Source: Girardia tigrina
Lineage: Eukaryota
Reading direction: 5' to 3'
DNA: 64,000 nt
Assembly: GCA_001938485.1 (NCBI GenBank)
Contig: MQRK01231712.1
Span: 14,131 to 78,130, forward strand
Shown here: in pieces, positions 37,789 to 52,700 of the stretch
Numbering within the stretch: position 1 is the first letter of the stretch
Layout: the number at the start of each line of letters is the position of its first letter
Notes under the pieces: model-generated
Told to the model about the DNA's origin: nothing
Seen by the model: the letters and a program-made list of their open reading frames with translations, nothing else
Databases searched by the model: none
Program-made: the position numbers and the translations under genes

Positions 37789-40700
37789 GTAATAATTACG
37801 ATAAATATTTATTTTTAATTATTCATATATATTTTTTATATGATTGTATATTTGTTACCATAAATATTAGAAATAATTTGCAACTCCAAAATGTGAAGAA
37901 ATTTTTATTTTTACCCAAAATTAACTTTACAGACCAATTTTAAAAATGATTTATTTCCAAAAGAATTCTCATAAAATAATTTTAATAAATTCAAAAAGAA
38001 AAAAATACAATTTGGAAACATTTAAAGTTTTTTTCAAACACAAAGGAAATTAAAATAATATTAAATTAGTAAAATAAAATGAAACTGCTGTGGAATATAA
38101 AATATATTCTATTGTATATTTGAGAAAACATTGACAACATCAGGAAGAAATTGAGCAGTAAAACGATAGAATCGTTGAAAATCATTAGACAATTATTGAA
38201 TTGATAGAGAAATATAGGGACATAGAAAATGAGGAATATTTGATCGAAATAATTTAATAATTACGATAAATTATTTGTTGATTATTTTGAATTAAATATT
38301 TTTCTATTTTATTGTATATTTTTCCCGGAGATATTAGAAATAATTCTCAGTTTCATACGTGAAAAAATTTTTTATTCAGAATTAATTTTGCAGACCAAGT
38401 TTTAAAAATAATTTATTTTGAAAAGAAATCTCAAAAATATTATTTTTAATAAATTTAAAAAGAAAAAATACATTTAGAAAATATTTTTATTTATTTTTTA
38501 AATACTCAGTTAATTAAAATAACATTAAATTGATAAAATATAAATGAATTAAAAAAAAGTAATAAATTTTTAAATTAAAAATAAACACTACAACGAAATT
38601 TCGTTTTAAGAAACTCTGGTGGAATATAAATACGTTCGATTATAAATTTTATTAAACATTGACCGTTTTGAAATAAGTTAAAAATTTTGGAATAAATAAA
38701 GGCAATTAAACGGAAAACATTTCCAATAGTTTTGTGGAAGATCTTAGGACAATTAATGAAATTGAAGAGAAATAGGCAAATAAAATAGAAATATTTAATT
38801 AAAATAATGTGATAATTACGATAAATATTTTTAGATAATAAATAAATATAATTTATAGATTTTTTAAATTTATTTTTGAAATTTATTGTATGAAATAGCC
38901 TGAAAAAAATAAGAATTCGGTTGTCGACTCTTGCCAATTAGAAATATAATTTATAAAAAATAATTTGATTAAAATATTTTAAGGAAAAATCTTTCCTAAT
39001 TAACCTTAAAAATGATTAAAAAAATCTTTGATTAATATTGGTGAAGCATAAAAATCACTTAAATAGAACAGCTGTTTAAGTTAGGAACAAGTTAAAGAGT
39101 CATGAGTAGGACACGGAATTTAATGACCTTAAAAATAGAAAAAATGACTGTATTGACAGAGGGGAAGAACAAAATAATATCTCACCCGGAAAGAGAGGAA
39201 ATAAAATAGAGTCATTTTTTTGATTTTTAAGGTCATTAAATTCCGTGCCCTAGTCACGAGTAAAAATAAGTAGTAAAACGAGAGACATTACCGATAGTAT
39301 TCTGGACAATTAATGAATATAAAGAGAAATATAGGGACATAAAAAAAGAGGAATATTTGATGGAAATAATGTAATAATTATGATAAATATTTATTTTTAA
39401 TTATTTATTGTTTTTTTAAACTTTTTAATTAAAATATGTGATTTTATTGTATAAATTCGCCTGGACCAAATATGAATTCGATTGTCAACTCTTACTAATG
39501 GGAAATCTAACTACAAAATTAATTTCATTAAATAATTAAGAGAAAAATCATTTAAAATTATTATTTTATTTCATATTTTTCTCTAAAATATTAGAAATTT
39601 TTATTTTTACAAAATTATTTTGCACAGCAATTTTTAAAATGGTTTTTTTCTGAAAAGAATTATTCTCAAAATAATTTTAATAGATTGAAAAAGAAAAATA
39701 CATTTTATTTATTTGTTTTTTTAAAATAAACAAGTAATATTAGGGTTTTGCAAATTTATAATGACATTAAATAAATTTTTATGCAACAATATTTAATAGA
39801 AACTAGTAAATCAAAAAATTAAATTTTTTATATCCATTCTTTAATGCACACAGAACTCTACTTTGCCAATAAAGTTTTTAAAATTAAAAAAAAACACATT
39901 AAAAATTAATATAAACTACTTATAATTTATAAGTAGATATTTTGCAATTAACATAGTTCGGGAACTCTGAATTTTCTGTTTTTTTTCCATTTTAGAATTT
40001 TAAAAAGTTTTGCGATCAAAATTTTACATAATCATTTATTGTCATCGAGAATGAGTAAGTGTGCAAAATTTGAAGAAAATCGATTGAGTAGAAGGCCTTC
40101 AAAAATAGGTTTCTAAATTCCATGGATATATATATATATATATTTAAATTAAGTTAATAAAAAGAATGGAAAAATATTATTAATAAAAAAATTTTTTTAT
40201 AAAAACAACCACGTTTTTCAAGCATTACCAATGCACTAAAAAGAGGAAAATAATTTTTTTCTAGACATGTGCGAAATTTTATACCTAACCAAAAACGTGG
40301 GGCGGATATCTGAATTACTGCTATTTCCTCTTTACTGCTTTTTAGTAACAATCGATCATTTCTATGCCCCACGTTTTTGGTTAGGTATAAAATTTCTCAC
40401 ATGTCTAGAAAAAAATTATTTTCCTCTNNNNNNNNNNNNNNNNNNNNNNNNNNNNNNNNNNNNNNNNNNNNNNNNNNATTATTTTCCTCTTTTTAGTGCA
40501 TTGGTAATGCTTGAAAAACGTGGTTGTTTTTATAAAAATTTTTTTTTATTAATAATATTATTTAACTTTTTTTAGTTATCATTTAGGAATTTTTTTTTCA
40601 AAATTTTTTTATCAAATTGTATTGTCATCGGAAGCAAGCCTGTATAAAACTTCATTCATGAAAATAAACGAAAAGATTGCTATTAACAACATCAATATGA

Positions 40701-43700
40701 GGTTTACAACATTTATTAATATTACAAGCGCATTCACTATTTGACATCTCTCTTGATCAATTTTTTTCTGAGTTCAAACTAATTATTTTCAATAAATGAA
40801 AATCTGTTAATAAAAATTATTAAATTATAAAGAATCTAATTGGTTGAAATTAAATTACATTAAAAAAAATAAATAATACATTCAAAAATTATTTTAAATC
40901 TTTTTACTTTAAAATTAAATTAAATTATTTTTAATTAGTAAGAATCAAAGAAAATATCAATCATCCATCTGTGTAGGAGAGGCACAATCCGAATCAACAT
41001 TCTACATGCACAATATCAATACACAATTCAAAACATTCCTCACAATTGCTATTTAATACAGTGTATAAATTTGTAGATAATCGTAAGTGGTTTTTTGCAA
41101 AACAAATTAGAAAAAATTATTTTTTTTCAAAATTTTTTTATCAAATTGTATTGTCATCGGAAGCAAGCCTGTATAAAAAAATTCAGCTAAATTGGATGAC
41201 TGAAAGTGGTCGAAAAATCAATCGCAAGATTTGTTCCAGACAGACAGACAAGAAAGCAAGCTAATAAAAACGTGGTAAAAACAAACTAAACTTAAATATT
41301 TTTTACAATAAAAAGGTCCGCGGTTTCGCGCTTTTTCAAGACATTCTCTCATATGGCTATAGAAACCTAAAAAAAAACATTGCATAATTTTCAGTTACAC
41401 CAGGAAATGTATCAATGCATTGCTCAATAGATAATATAGGCTCTGAAATTCATAAAACATGAAATTTGTTTTTCATAGTGGAGAAGAACGCTTCTATTGA
41501 ATTGAGTTTGGACGAATATGCGACTAGAAATTTATGTGAAATGTTGTTTGTTCTTAAAAACTCGAATTTATGGAAACTTGCCTTTTAAATTAGAAGAATA
41601 TGGCTAGGGTTTTGTTGCAGGAACAGTAATAAAGCTTTTGAGCTTTCGGGTGAATACCCATAAGTATTGCGGGTATGTTCATTCATTTGCGATTATCGAT
41701 GGATGAGTGGCGTATATATATGAACGTACATCAATTTTCCAGCAGTATTTCGCTCAATTGAACTAATGACAACCTTTTTCTTGTTATTTTCATTTTTTTT
41801 CAATTTCCTAGACACAGTTGAAACGGACCATTGCTGGTTGCTTACACTAGTAAATGCATCACTGGCCTCTTAACGTCAACGCATTGTTTAAGGAAATCGC
41901 ATTAAATAACGCTTGCTCACTTTGAGTATTTTCTTTGTTTTTCGCCTGCCGCTATAAATTCTACGCCAGTTTCATGTTTTTTTAAAATATTGCTGACGGC
42001 ATGCCTAAAAGCGCTGCAACGCGATTAAGACTATCTCATTGTTCGACATGCATTTTTATGACCAGATCATGCTTTATCTTTGATATAGTTTTTCGAGTTT
42101 TTCGTTCTCTCTGCTTATTGTCCATTAAAACCCTATTTAAATATCTATTTTCAAATAGTGGATACAAATTCATTTAACAGATCAATACAATCTAAGATAA
42201 GATAACGATATTTTAAATAGGCTTTAATTAAAATTTTTTTTATAAACTTCCAAAACATTTTTATTGAACAAATATTAAAGTTTATTTTGTTTTTTTTCTT
42301 TAAAATGTTGTTGTATAACAATTTATTTAATGTAGTTATAAATTTGCAAAACTCAAAGTAATTTTAAATTAATAAAGTATAAAAAATCAATATAAGAAAA
42401 TTAATTAAAATCTTCCAATTTTTCAAAAATTTATTTAAAACATTATTTGATGAATATTTTTAAAAATGTTTGGAATTTTTTAAAATAATTATATAGTCTA
42501 AAACTTGACAATTTTATTAATTTTTATGAATCCACTATTCAATTTTAATGTACCACAGGAGAATAGTAATTTATTAAAGAGAATTACCACGCGAAAACCA
42601 ATCATGTAACAGTGAAGTATACGGCTATAAATATTTGTCGAGCTCGAGGGAATAAAGTTTACTTCTTTTTCAAATATGAAAAATACTCTTTTGATCAATT
42701 TTATTGACATAATAAAAATTGTGTTTTAATTTAGAAATAATAAGAAATTACTGTTAGGAATAATGAAAAATGTTGGTTCTATTATTTCCATTTTATTCGA
42801 ATGAATTAAAGTCAAGTCAAACTGTATTACCATGTGATGGTGATCCTAACGTTACAATGCGCACCATTTACATTCTCGACTAAATCCAAACAGTTTCATC
42901 GAACTTGTTATTTATTTGTATTTTAGTCTTGAAATAGTTGACAAAATTAAAAATATTATGTTCATCATTCGAAGTTTTTCGACCGTTTCACAAAGAAGTA
43001 AAATTATTAAGTGTTATATAAATTAATAATACTGTCAGAAAAAGTTATTAACAAAACTAAAATATTATTAAGTATCTAAGAAGTCTAGTTATATTTTTAG
43101 TATTTGAGTGTTTTCTTTATGACAATTTATTTTTTATCACGTTAATTCTTTTCCTGTCTAATATTAAATAATAATGTGATAACATTTTTCCAAATTAGCA
43201 TTACATTCTTTAGTGATTGTCTTAAGCCAAGTTTTTGAATTGACTCGATACGACTCAGAAAAAAACGGAGTCGAACCTATCTCGTCTTGAGTGTCAAAAG
43301 AATTTTAAATGCAAATTTGTTTAAATCTTATGTTTCAAATCAAAAAGGATTAATAAAAAATTATTTTGCAAACTTTTTCTAAGAATTTTACATCTCAAAA
43401 ATTCTGTTTTTGTTTTGAATGACTTGCCTTTTCCATATAATCAATTTTTATGCTTAAATAAAGTATTTTGAATGACAAATGAAAATCCCTTTTATGAGGA
43501 GTTAGTTAAAATTTTCAATTCGCCAAATAATTTATAAATTTAGCTTAATTGAAAATTTTTTTACAAAAATTAAATAAATACTTAAACCATAAAAATACTG
43601 TAATAAATTTGTAAATATGTTTATTAATTTTTTAAACTAAGTCATAAATAATGCTCAGTGTTTAACTAAAGCGAAATTACAACTCCAGGGTAATCACCAT

Positions 43701-46700
43701 GTAATTCTAAAAATTTTCGAGGAATGGAAGAGTTTTAGTTCCAAATTAGTTTTATTTGAGGGGGATATAAAAACCCCTACATTCGAGTTCTTTCCAAAGC
43801 TACAATTAGAACATGAAAAAGAAAATACAGTGAAAATCACTTAAGACGAAATGTTTAAGACGAAATACCGCTTAGTATGAAATAAAATACATGTCCCACA
43901 GAACAGTAAAACCGTTTAAGACGAATTCTAGAATTTTTTACGATAAATCAATGAAGAACTATACATTCATAGTCTGCAATGCCCACTCGATTTTCTCTCC
44001 CAAAACACAGAAGATATCTGAGACAAGTTCCAGAAATTACACTCATTTTTAATTTCTTTTAAATGCACTGGAAATAGTCTGTAATGTTTGTTTGGATTGA
44101 ATTTTGGATCACTGATTTCTGTGCATAGTTCTCAATCACACCCAGAGCATGTAACGCAGCAGTGACATCGCCATCTTGGCACTGTAGGAAGATGCGAATT
44201 CCATTCAGCTGGTTGATGACATCTTTCGCAGAAGGCAATACAGGCACAGGGGAATCATCTTCAGAATCCGATTTATCGTTTTCTTTCTTTTGATGCACCT
44301 CAGCACCAATTTCAGAATTGCTTAGCAATCCTGTTACTGCTACGCCATCATCTGCATGAAGGTAAACTTCTGGGTCAACAGCGTCTGGGATGTTCATGAA
44401 ATGGCGGAGACGGTCGAATATATTGTCCATTGAAGAGTCATCCACTTGGTTAGGAGAGTTGTCCACGGTGGGGCATTCTTGACGATTCCTGAGTGAGGCC
44501 AACAGTTGGAGATGGTTTCCTCGGTGACGTCATGCCAAGCCGTGCTCAACATGTCCATGGCTTCACGCAAATTTATCTCAGGCGGCATTCCACTCTCATA
44601 TGCTGCTAGAGTTCGTTTAAGCAAGCGTGATCGATATCGTTGCTTGGTTGCCTGTATAATACAAGGTCACAAGGCTGAAGCACAGCAGTTGTGTTTGGCG
44701 ATAGATACTGCACCTTGAAATTTATCAGGCCAAGCACATTTTATGTGCGATGCAATTGTCAATCAGCAATAGGATATGTCTACCTAGATTGCGCATGCTC
44801 TTATCCACTTTTCGGATCCATTCTTCCCAGAGGTCACCCGTCAACCATGCTTTCTTGTTTGCTCGATAGTTGACTGGGATATGCTTTATGCCACGGAAAC
44901 ACCTTGGATTTTTCGCTTTTCCTATTTCAAGTGGTTTCAGCTTACTTGTCCCCGTCATGTTGGTTGCAAGTAGAACAGTTATTCTGTCTTTGGCTTGCTT
45001 TCCACCAGTGCAAGATTTTCCTTTAAAATCAAGTGTTCGATCGGGAAGCATGCGGCAGAACAAGTCACTTTCGTCAGCATTCAAAATGTCCTTCTCTTCA
45101 TAGGGTGATAGTAGCTATAAATACAATACCATGTATATGTCCCCGGGAAGGGGCTACATAAATTCACAAAGAGTGGTGCTGGCCAGTAAGAGCAACTTCT
45201 GTAGGTCAATGTGCATTTCTCTTATATCAACGCACTATACGCACACTGCATCAAAATCTTTATGCAGGTGTGACATCAGCGGCTTCGACTGTATTAAAGA
45301 AGACGATGTTAAATTTTTTGATACCTTAATATCGAATATTACTATGGATTCGCAAAGTAATTTCAAACTCTAAAGAATCATGGACCAATGTTTGCTTTTA
45401 TAATAAAGCCCAATGAAATTGATGAAACCATTTTAGAAATACAATATTTTAAGTTTCTTTGAATCCAAAGTTTTATTTTAGAGTTGATTGATTTTAAAAG
45501 TTTAACTTCATGGACTGATAAATTTTGATCATTACGTCGTGATTTAGAAAATAAAGAGCATAATCATCTTGATATGATATAAACGTCCTGGACATGCCTT
45601 CCATCAAAGTTTTTAAATTAAAAAAATAATTTGCTCTTTTAACCGCATTTGGTTCTAGCTTTAATGTGAGCAAACATTTTCACAAATGAAATATATTTTA
45701 AATGAAAACAGGATGAATATGAGGAGTTTCTGAGTCGAGTCAAAAAATTCTAATTCGAGTTTGACACGTCAGTCAGAAAAAATCGACTGACAGGCTCAAT
45801 TATACAATTTGAATACAAATTATTTAGAACATTAATATGTTTTCCGACATTTCGATTTGTAAGTCGTGTTTATTCCATTTGCATTATCTGCAGGTTTACA
45901 ATTCATATTCAACACAGAATTTATTACTGAAAATACTACACATATTTAAACAAAATTCTCGTTAATTTACTCATTTAGCCAAAATCCACTTATTAAATTT
46001 TTCTTTCAATTTAATTTGTAAAATTTATTTTATACAGTCCACCCTCGGTTTTGGGGCAAAAAATATCAAATTTTGCCCCATAAACCAAAAAACACCCAAA
46101 AAGTTTAAAAAACATCGAAAAACTAAATAAAATTTATTCCAATTTTTTAAAATAATCATTTATTGTTTTCCCAAATTTAAATTCCTTCCTTAAAAAATTA
46201 TTAAATTGCATTCTAAACTTGATGTATTCTTTTTGAACATCAAAAGGTATAACATTCAATAACATTTTCTTTAAGTTTTTCCCATCCCAGCTTTAGTTTA
46301 TCATAACGAACTTTTTCACAAATTTCAGCTGTTCCGGTCTCCTTCTCCAGCGGTTCTGATAAATTTTCTTCATAAACCTTAACAATAACGTCCTCTATAT
46401 CTTCCTCAAGCATATGAATTTTCATATTTTGGTTGGTTTCTTCTTTTTTGGAAAATGCCTTTTTGAAACAATTAATAATCGATTCTTTGGTTATTAACTC
46501 CCAGGTAACAGAAGTAAAAACAATAGCATTTTAATATTAATGTTTTTAAATAGATCATTATTTAAATCATCTTCTTCAGTTGCCAAAAAATCAACAAGAG
46601 AATTATTGTATTGATCCTTGAATGCCTTTATCAAACTGTGTTATGGAAGTTGTTCTTTTTGTCTTGCGTTTCCAAACTTAATGCTTTTTCTTTATAAATT

Positions 46701-49700
46701 ACCACACATTATAAATTCCAACAACCATCCGATAATAAAATTCGGCCCCCTTTGTCTTTAGTTACTTTCAAATTAACTTTTTGAATAAATTTCTTTTCAC
46801 CAAGTTAGAAATATTTTTTGTAATAATATTCAATTAATAACGATTTGAACTTCTGTTAGTTGGCATAATGTTTAACGAAAGCAGAAGTTAAAAAAATAAA
46901 CAGTTAATTAATAAAATATTAAAAGTTTATTCATTATTTTTTTAAAAAAAAGCTTGTAATATTTTAAATTTGGGGAAATTTTGATACTTATTTCAGACCA
47001 AGATTAAATATTATTTTTAGGTTAGAAAAATATCCCCCAAAAAACGAAACACAATTGTACTTTTGGAATAAAAACACAATATAAATAATATGTAATAGTG
47101 TGATTATCTTAAAACTTGCCCCAAAAATCAAAATTTCCCCAGAAATCAAGGTGCCCCACAATAAAGAATGCCACGGAAACGAGGGTGGACTGTAGTTATA
47201 ATTTTTTTTGGAATAAAATAGGAAGAGTATTAAAAAAAAAATAAATTAAAAAAATAAACAGTTAATTAATAAAATATTAAAAGTTTATTCATTATTTTTT
47301 TAAAAAAAAGCTTGTAATATTTTAAATTTGGGGAAATTTTGATACTTATTTCAGACCAAGATTAAATATTATTTTTAGGTTAGAAAAATATCCCCCAAAA
47401 AACGAAACACAATTGTACTTTTGGAATAAAAACACAATATAAATAATATGTAATAGTGTGATTATCTTAAAACTTGCCCCAAAAATCAAAATTTCCCCAG
47501 AAATCAAGGTGCCCCACAATAAAGAATGCCACGGAAACGAGGGTGGACTGTAGTTATAATTTTTTTTGGAATAAAATAGGAAGAGTATTTTATAAGTAAA
47601 TTAATAGAAAATTTAATAGTTTTGATTTTATTTTTGATTACCTGAGTACGGTTACTAAAAGTATTATAAATTTCTTTCTTGAGACTCGTATGTCTCTTTA
47701 ACTATCGATTTCCCTATTGAATAACTATACTAAGTTATGAATCTGTTTTTAATGTAATTTCAATATTTAGTGTATTTTGAATTTTAACATTTCAATTTTA
47801 ATAAATTTGAATTTTTAATTCGTATATTTAAATGCAACTAAAAATTTCCCTTATGTTGATGGGAATCAGATGTTCTCAAACATCTGGACTGCTAACATGT
47901 CTGTACATTTCAATGTAAGTTATTTGATTTAATAAAATAATTTTTATTTATTATATATAAAATTGTTATTCTTTTTTAATTTATTTTATATATCATTGAA
48001 TTTTTTTCCTAAATATTTAGTTCCACAATTCAAAGTTCTCTTATTCTTGATGATATAAACTTGGCATGTGAATATCTAATTAATCTTATAAAGTCTTTGG
48101 AATCATTTAAAATTGATTCTTCTAAGAAGAGACAAAAAACAATTTTTCAAAAATTGAAAGATTATCATCAGTTAGTGAGTCAAGAGTTGTACAAGTATGT
48201 GTAATAGCGTCGAGTATTCATAAAGTGTTTCAGTGCTTACCAAATTATTTGTAATTAAACTACCCTTACTTCATTTGGAGAGTTAGTTACTCTTGTCAAA
48301 CAACTGTGGAAATATAGCACTGTTACTTTTTCTGAATATTCTTTGTAATACCCTTACTGCCTTTTTTTCCAGACAGTTCCAAGAATGTCTTAAAGAAATC
48401 GGCTGGCCTTACATATCAAACAATTTACAAGCCACCAATTTAGAATTAAGTCTTGAAAAAATTACTCCAGTATCTGCTAGATTTTCATCAACTTTTCGTC
48501 AGTTATTTCTCATTCAAATTCCGTAATTTTTATTCGTCTTCTATCATTTCACCAAATCCTCCGTCAATTTCAGGGAAGAAATGGATACGGAAGTTGAACG
48601 CAAAGTTTTCATCAACACTAAGTTTACAACTAATTTAGACCGAATTCCTCTGCCAGTTGAGATCTTGTTGGAACAACTCGTCAAATATTTCAAATTCTTC
48701 TTTTGGACTGATAACAAAATTAATAAAATATCAAAAGTGAGATAATATATTAGTATTAATTTAATTTTGTTTTTATTTCTATTTCAAATGTACTTCGTAT
48801 CAAAATTTCGTGTTAAAATATTCCTTTCAGTAATTTATGTTACAGTTTCATGTTGTTGTTGTACGTTGGGTACATGGCATCCGTACGTATGCAGTTACAG
48901 AATAATAAGCGCTGATAAAAGATTTAATGCATCATTGAAAAAAAATATTCTATAAAAAATGAAAATGAAAAAAATTCTGATAAATTACAAAAAATTCCAT
49001 TTTGAATTAATCTTTAACAACTTTAACAAATATAAAATTTTATTTTAGAATGTCAAATAATCTTTTTTATCTTATCTCTCAAATTTGTTTGAATGAGTTT
49101 TATTTTGCATCAATTTATAAAAATAACAATCCATCAACGTGAGCAAAGGTCCGAGTAGGAACATAGAGCGGGAAAAGTAAAGGTAAAGTAAAGACTTTTG
49201 GAAATAAGATTCAATGGTGGATTGACATTGGGGTCCATTTCTTCTCACATAGGACATTATCTGTATATAATTTAGACAATTGTGTATAAATTCAATAATG
49301 AGCCTGCGATTATTTTATTTTGACAGACAACTCTCCATCAGCTACAAACATAAGAATGACTTTAGATACTAATGATAACACCGCAATGGATAGTTTTGTT
49401 TACAATCATATCAAATGTATATTTCCACTACCTTCAAGGATCACCTGTCTTTTATTCATTTAAAAAATAAATCTTGAGTTATAAATTATGCATACATTTT
49501 TATTTCAGTAAAATACAGAAAATCTTCGAAGTATTGCGCGATTGATTCAGACCAGGCGCGTAGCCAGGGGGGGGGTGATTGTGTGGATTTCCACCCCCGT
49601 GATAAAATGCCCTAAAAATTGTTTAAAAAAAATATTACGAAAAACAAAACTTAGAGGTACGGGACCTCTCGTTTTTCCCCCAATTAAAATCCAATTGGGC

Positions 49701-52700
49701 GTTCCCATTTTAATCCACGTTTTCGGCCCTACTGGCGAGGCTGAAAATAAAGATTAATATAGAAACCCTTGATTGGANNNNNNNNNNNNNNNNNNNNNNN
49801 NNNNNNNNNNNNNNNNNNNNNNNNNNNNNNNNNNNNNNNNNNNNNNNNNNNNNNNNNNNNNNNNNNNNNNNNNNNNNNNNNNNNNNNNNNNNNNNNNNNN
49901 NNNNNNNNNNNNNNNNNNNNNNNNNNNNNNNNNNNNNNNNNNNNNNNNNNNNNNNNNNNNNNNNNNNNNNNNNNNNNNNNNNNNNNNNNNNNNNNNNNNN
50001 NNNNNNNNNNNNNNNNNNNNNNNNNNNNNNNNNNNNNNNNNNNNNNNNNNNNNNNNNNNNNNNNNNNNNNNNNNNNNNNNNNNNNNNNNNNNNNNNNNTT
50101 AGAGGATATAAAAACAAAATTTGATTAAGATCATTAATTTGATTTTCAGATGCAATTTCTTTGTAAATGCTGAACATTTTTAAAAATTCAAAGTATTTTT
50201 AGAAGAATAAAAAGAATGAATCACATTTAAGATATTGTTGATTTTTTATAACGTATATTGATTTTTTGAATAGTTGAGATATATAGTTAAGTCGAATGTA
50301 AACATTCTCTAGTAGGAAAAGTAATTTTTCAAAAATATAAAATACTTTATAAAATATATATAGAATTTTTTTACACCCCCCCTCTGCAATCCTGGCTACG
50401 CCGCTGATTCAGACCAATTATAACTTATAATCTCAAGCATTTATAAAAGATTGTTATTTAAGTAGGTCTAGAAAGATCCATAGCAGAGTCGGAGTCCAAT
50501 ATTATCGATCATTATAGTTAAAATAAATTAACATATAAAATAGACAAATTAAAATCAATTAAAAACAATATGCATGTTAAAATAAAAATTGTCCCGTGCT
50601 CACAGTGGCATTGAGTCATGGTCATTGTTGAATACTCTATAAAACCTCTGACCTAACATCGTTATGTCTCCCTGGGAATCCGTCGTATGTTATTATACCC
50701 AGATCAAAATACATTCAATTGTATTTCATCCTTTTGTTAAACACTCATCCTCATTTCGTTAAGTGCTCATTATTTCTCATAACAACAAGGAATCCTTGCA
50801 AACATAAATCTCGCCCATCCTGGGAGTTGAGCTCATGGTCGGATTGATGTTCACATGATTGTATCCATACAAATACACTGCGATTATTTTTTTAAAAACA
50901 ATTGATGTAAATAATAGTCTCGAGTACTCTACTTATTTGTCTACAATGGATGGGTTGTAAAATAGTTCAACGAAATCTATTAAATCTTATTATATATTAA
51001 AAGTGATCGCCCTTTGTAATATTTCTGAGTAAACCTTTAAAATGAATGTAAAATTTGAACAAAAAAATAAGAAAGAAAAAGTAACAGTGAAAGTAAACAG
51101 AACACAGGAATGATTGATGAGAATATAGTAAAAAAATCGCCAGTGAGACTATGAAAGGAATGATTGAAGGATTCTCAAAGGTATTGTTGAGACACATCGA
51201 TTGACGCTAATTCCGTTAGAGCGAGTTCGTTGTATTGTTTGGGATTAAAAGAAAATTGGGAAATGGTGTGATAAATACTGGACAACAATGACATGGACAT
51301 GATCAATCGGGTGTTCTCAGGGCCGACAGACCGGCATCCCATTGTCGGCCTGTGGGTGTGTGGCGCACGCGTTATCGTCGCTCTTGGTGCGTGTGTCACT
51401 CCGATGACTCAACTTGAGACATACCGTTTGGATTTATATATTCATCTATATTGATTCAAGCTTTCGAGTTGTAAACCATCAACAATGCATCCTACACACA
51501 TTGACACATCGACACATAAATTCCATATATACTGATCACTCCTCTTGGTAATCTCAGTTTGATTGGATAATTGTTCTGTATGTATGTAACAATTATAGTA
51601 CGACATATGATAAAGGAGCCTGTCGTCGTTCATGTTTGTATATGGCATCGTTATATTTAGTGGACCTGACACGAAAGCTATTCTGATTCTGGCGGTGTCG
51701 AGCCTCCTCTCTCTCATTATCGATCGACTGCAGTCATTTATCATGATGCATGCACACACACGAGAGTTCTGTCGGGCTAGGGTTTATGCGCGCGCGCGTG
51801 AGCGATTTAGACCGTGGGATGCTGTTCGTAGCATCAGTTAATAATTGATTGGTCGGTTTATCGATGGGTTAGGATTTGGGGCTCGGGGCCTGCTTTAGCG
51901 CAGCAGTCGACACTGAACATAGTTTATAGAATATTTTGAGAGAGAGATATAGAGGCGAAACATAATGTGGAGCAGTGGCAATTGATTTATATTTGTTGTT
52001 GCTGTCGGAATTTTGGGATTTGGGAAATTTGTCGTCGTCGTCGATACTGATTGTGATTGTGATTCTCCTTTGAATGAAATGCCCCGATTGAAATCTGCAC
52101 CGAATCGGATTGTGAGTGAAGAGAGTGGAGGAGGAGGGATCGATGCCGCTGGGATGTATCGGAGGAATGTTGGAAATGACGACGGAGAGGATTCGATGAT
52201 CAGCAGCGAGTACGACTCGTCGGTCAACATGTTCCTGGACACCGAGTTCAATGTAACGGAGGCTGTGTTGAGTCAGAGCAGTAACAGTAATGGAGGACAC
52301 AACGAGTTGATGCTCCGTGAGAAAGGGCTCGTGACGTGCAAGCTGTGTCAGAAGGTGCTGAAGAAGGGATCTTTGCGGGAGCACATGGATCGACATCAGG
52401 GTACGGGTAAATACCGGTGTCGATTGTGCAGCAAGACATTTAGTCGGGCGAGCGCCCTCGAGAAACACAATCGGACTCACACGGGCGAGAGGCCGTTCGC
52501 GTGTACAATCTGCGACAAGCGATATCGACAGCGAGTTCAGTTGAAAGAGCACCTGCGGTCTCACACTGGCGAGAGGCCGTACACGTGTCCCATATGTCAG
52601 TACTCTCTCGTCTCGAAATCCCTCCTCAATCGTCATCTCCGAACTCATCTCGAACCACCCGGCGAAATCTGTCATATTTGCAACAAAGCATTCCGTCGTA

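Noticed and set aside
37786-37805. TAA codons after RINT1 exon 2, and the TAG in the 8149 transposase, as signs of stop-codon reassignment
   Set aside because: A canonical GT donor at 37789 explains the first, and pseudogenisation explains the second. Host exons are open under the standard code.
47870-47914. Possible extra RINT1 micro-exon (ag...gtaagt, phase 2/2)
   Set aside because: Exon 2 joins 48021 without a gap relative to the recalled RINT1 sequence. The acceptor lacks a pyrimidine tract. Needs RNA evidence.
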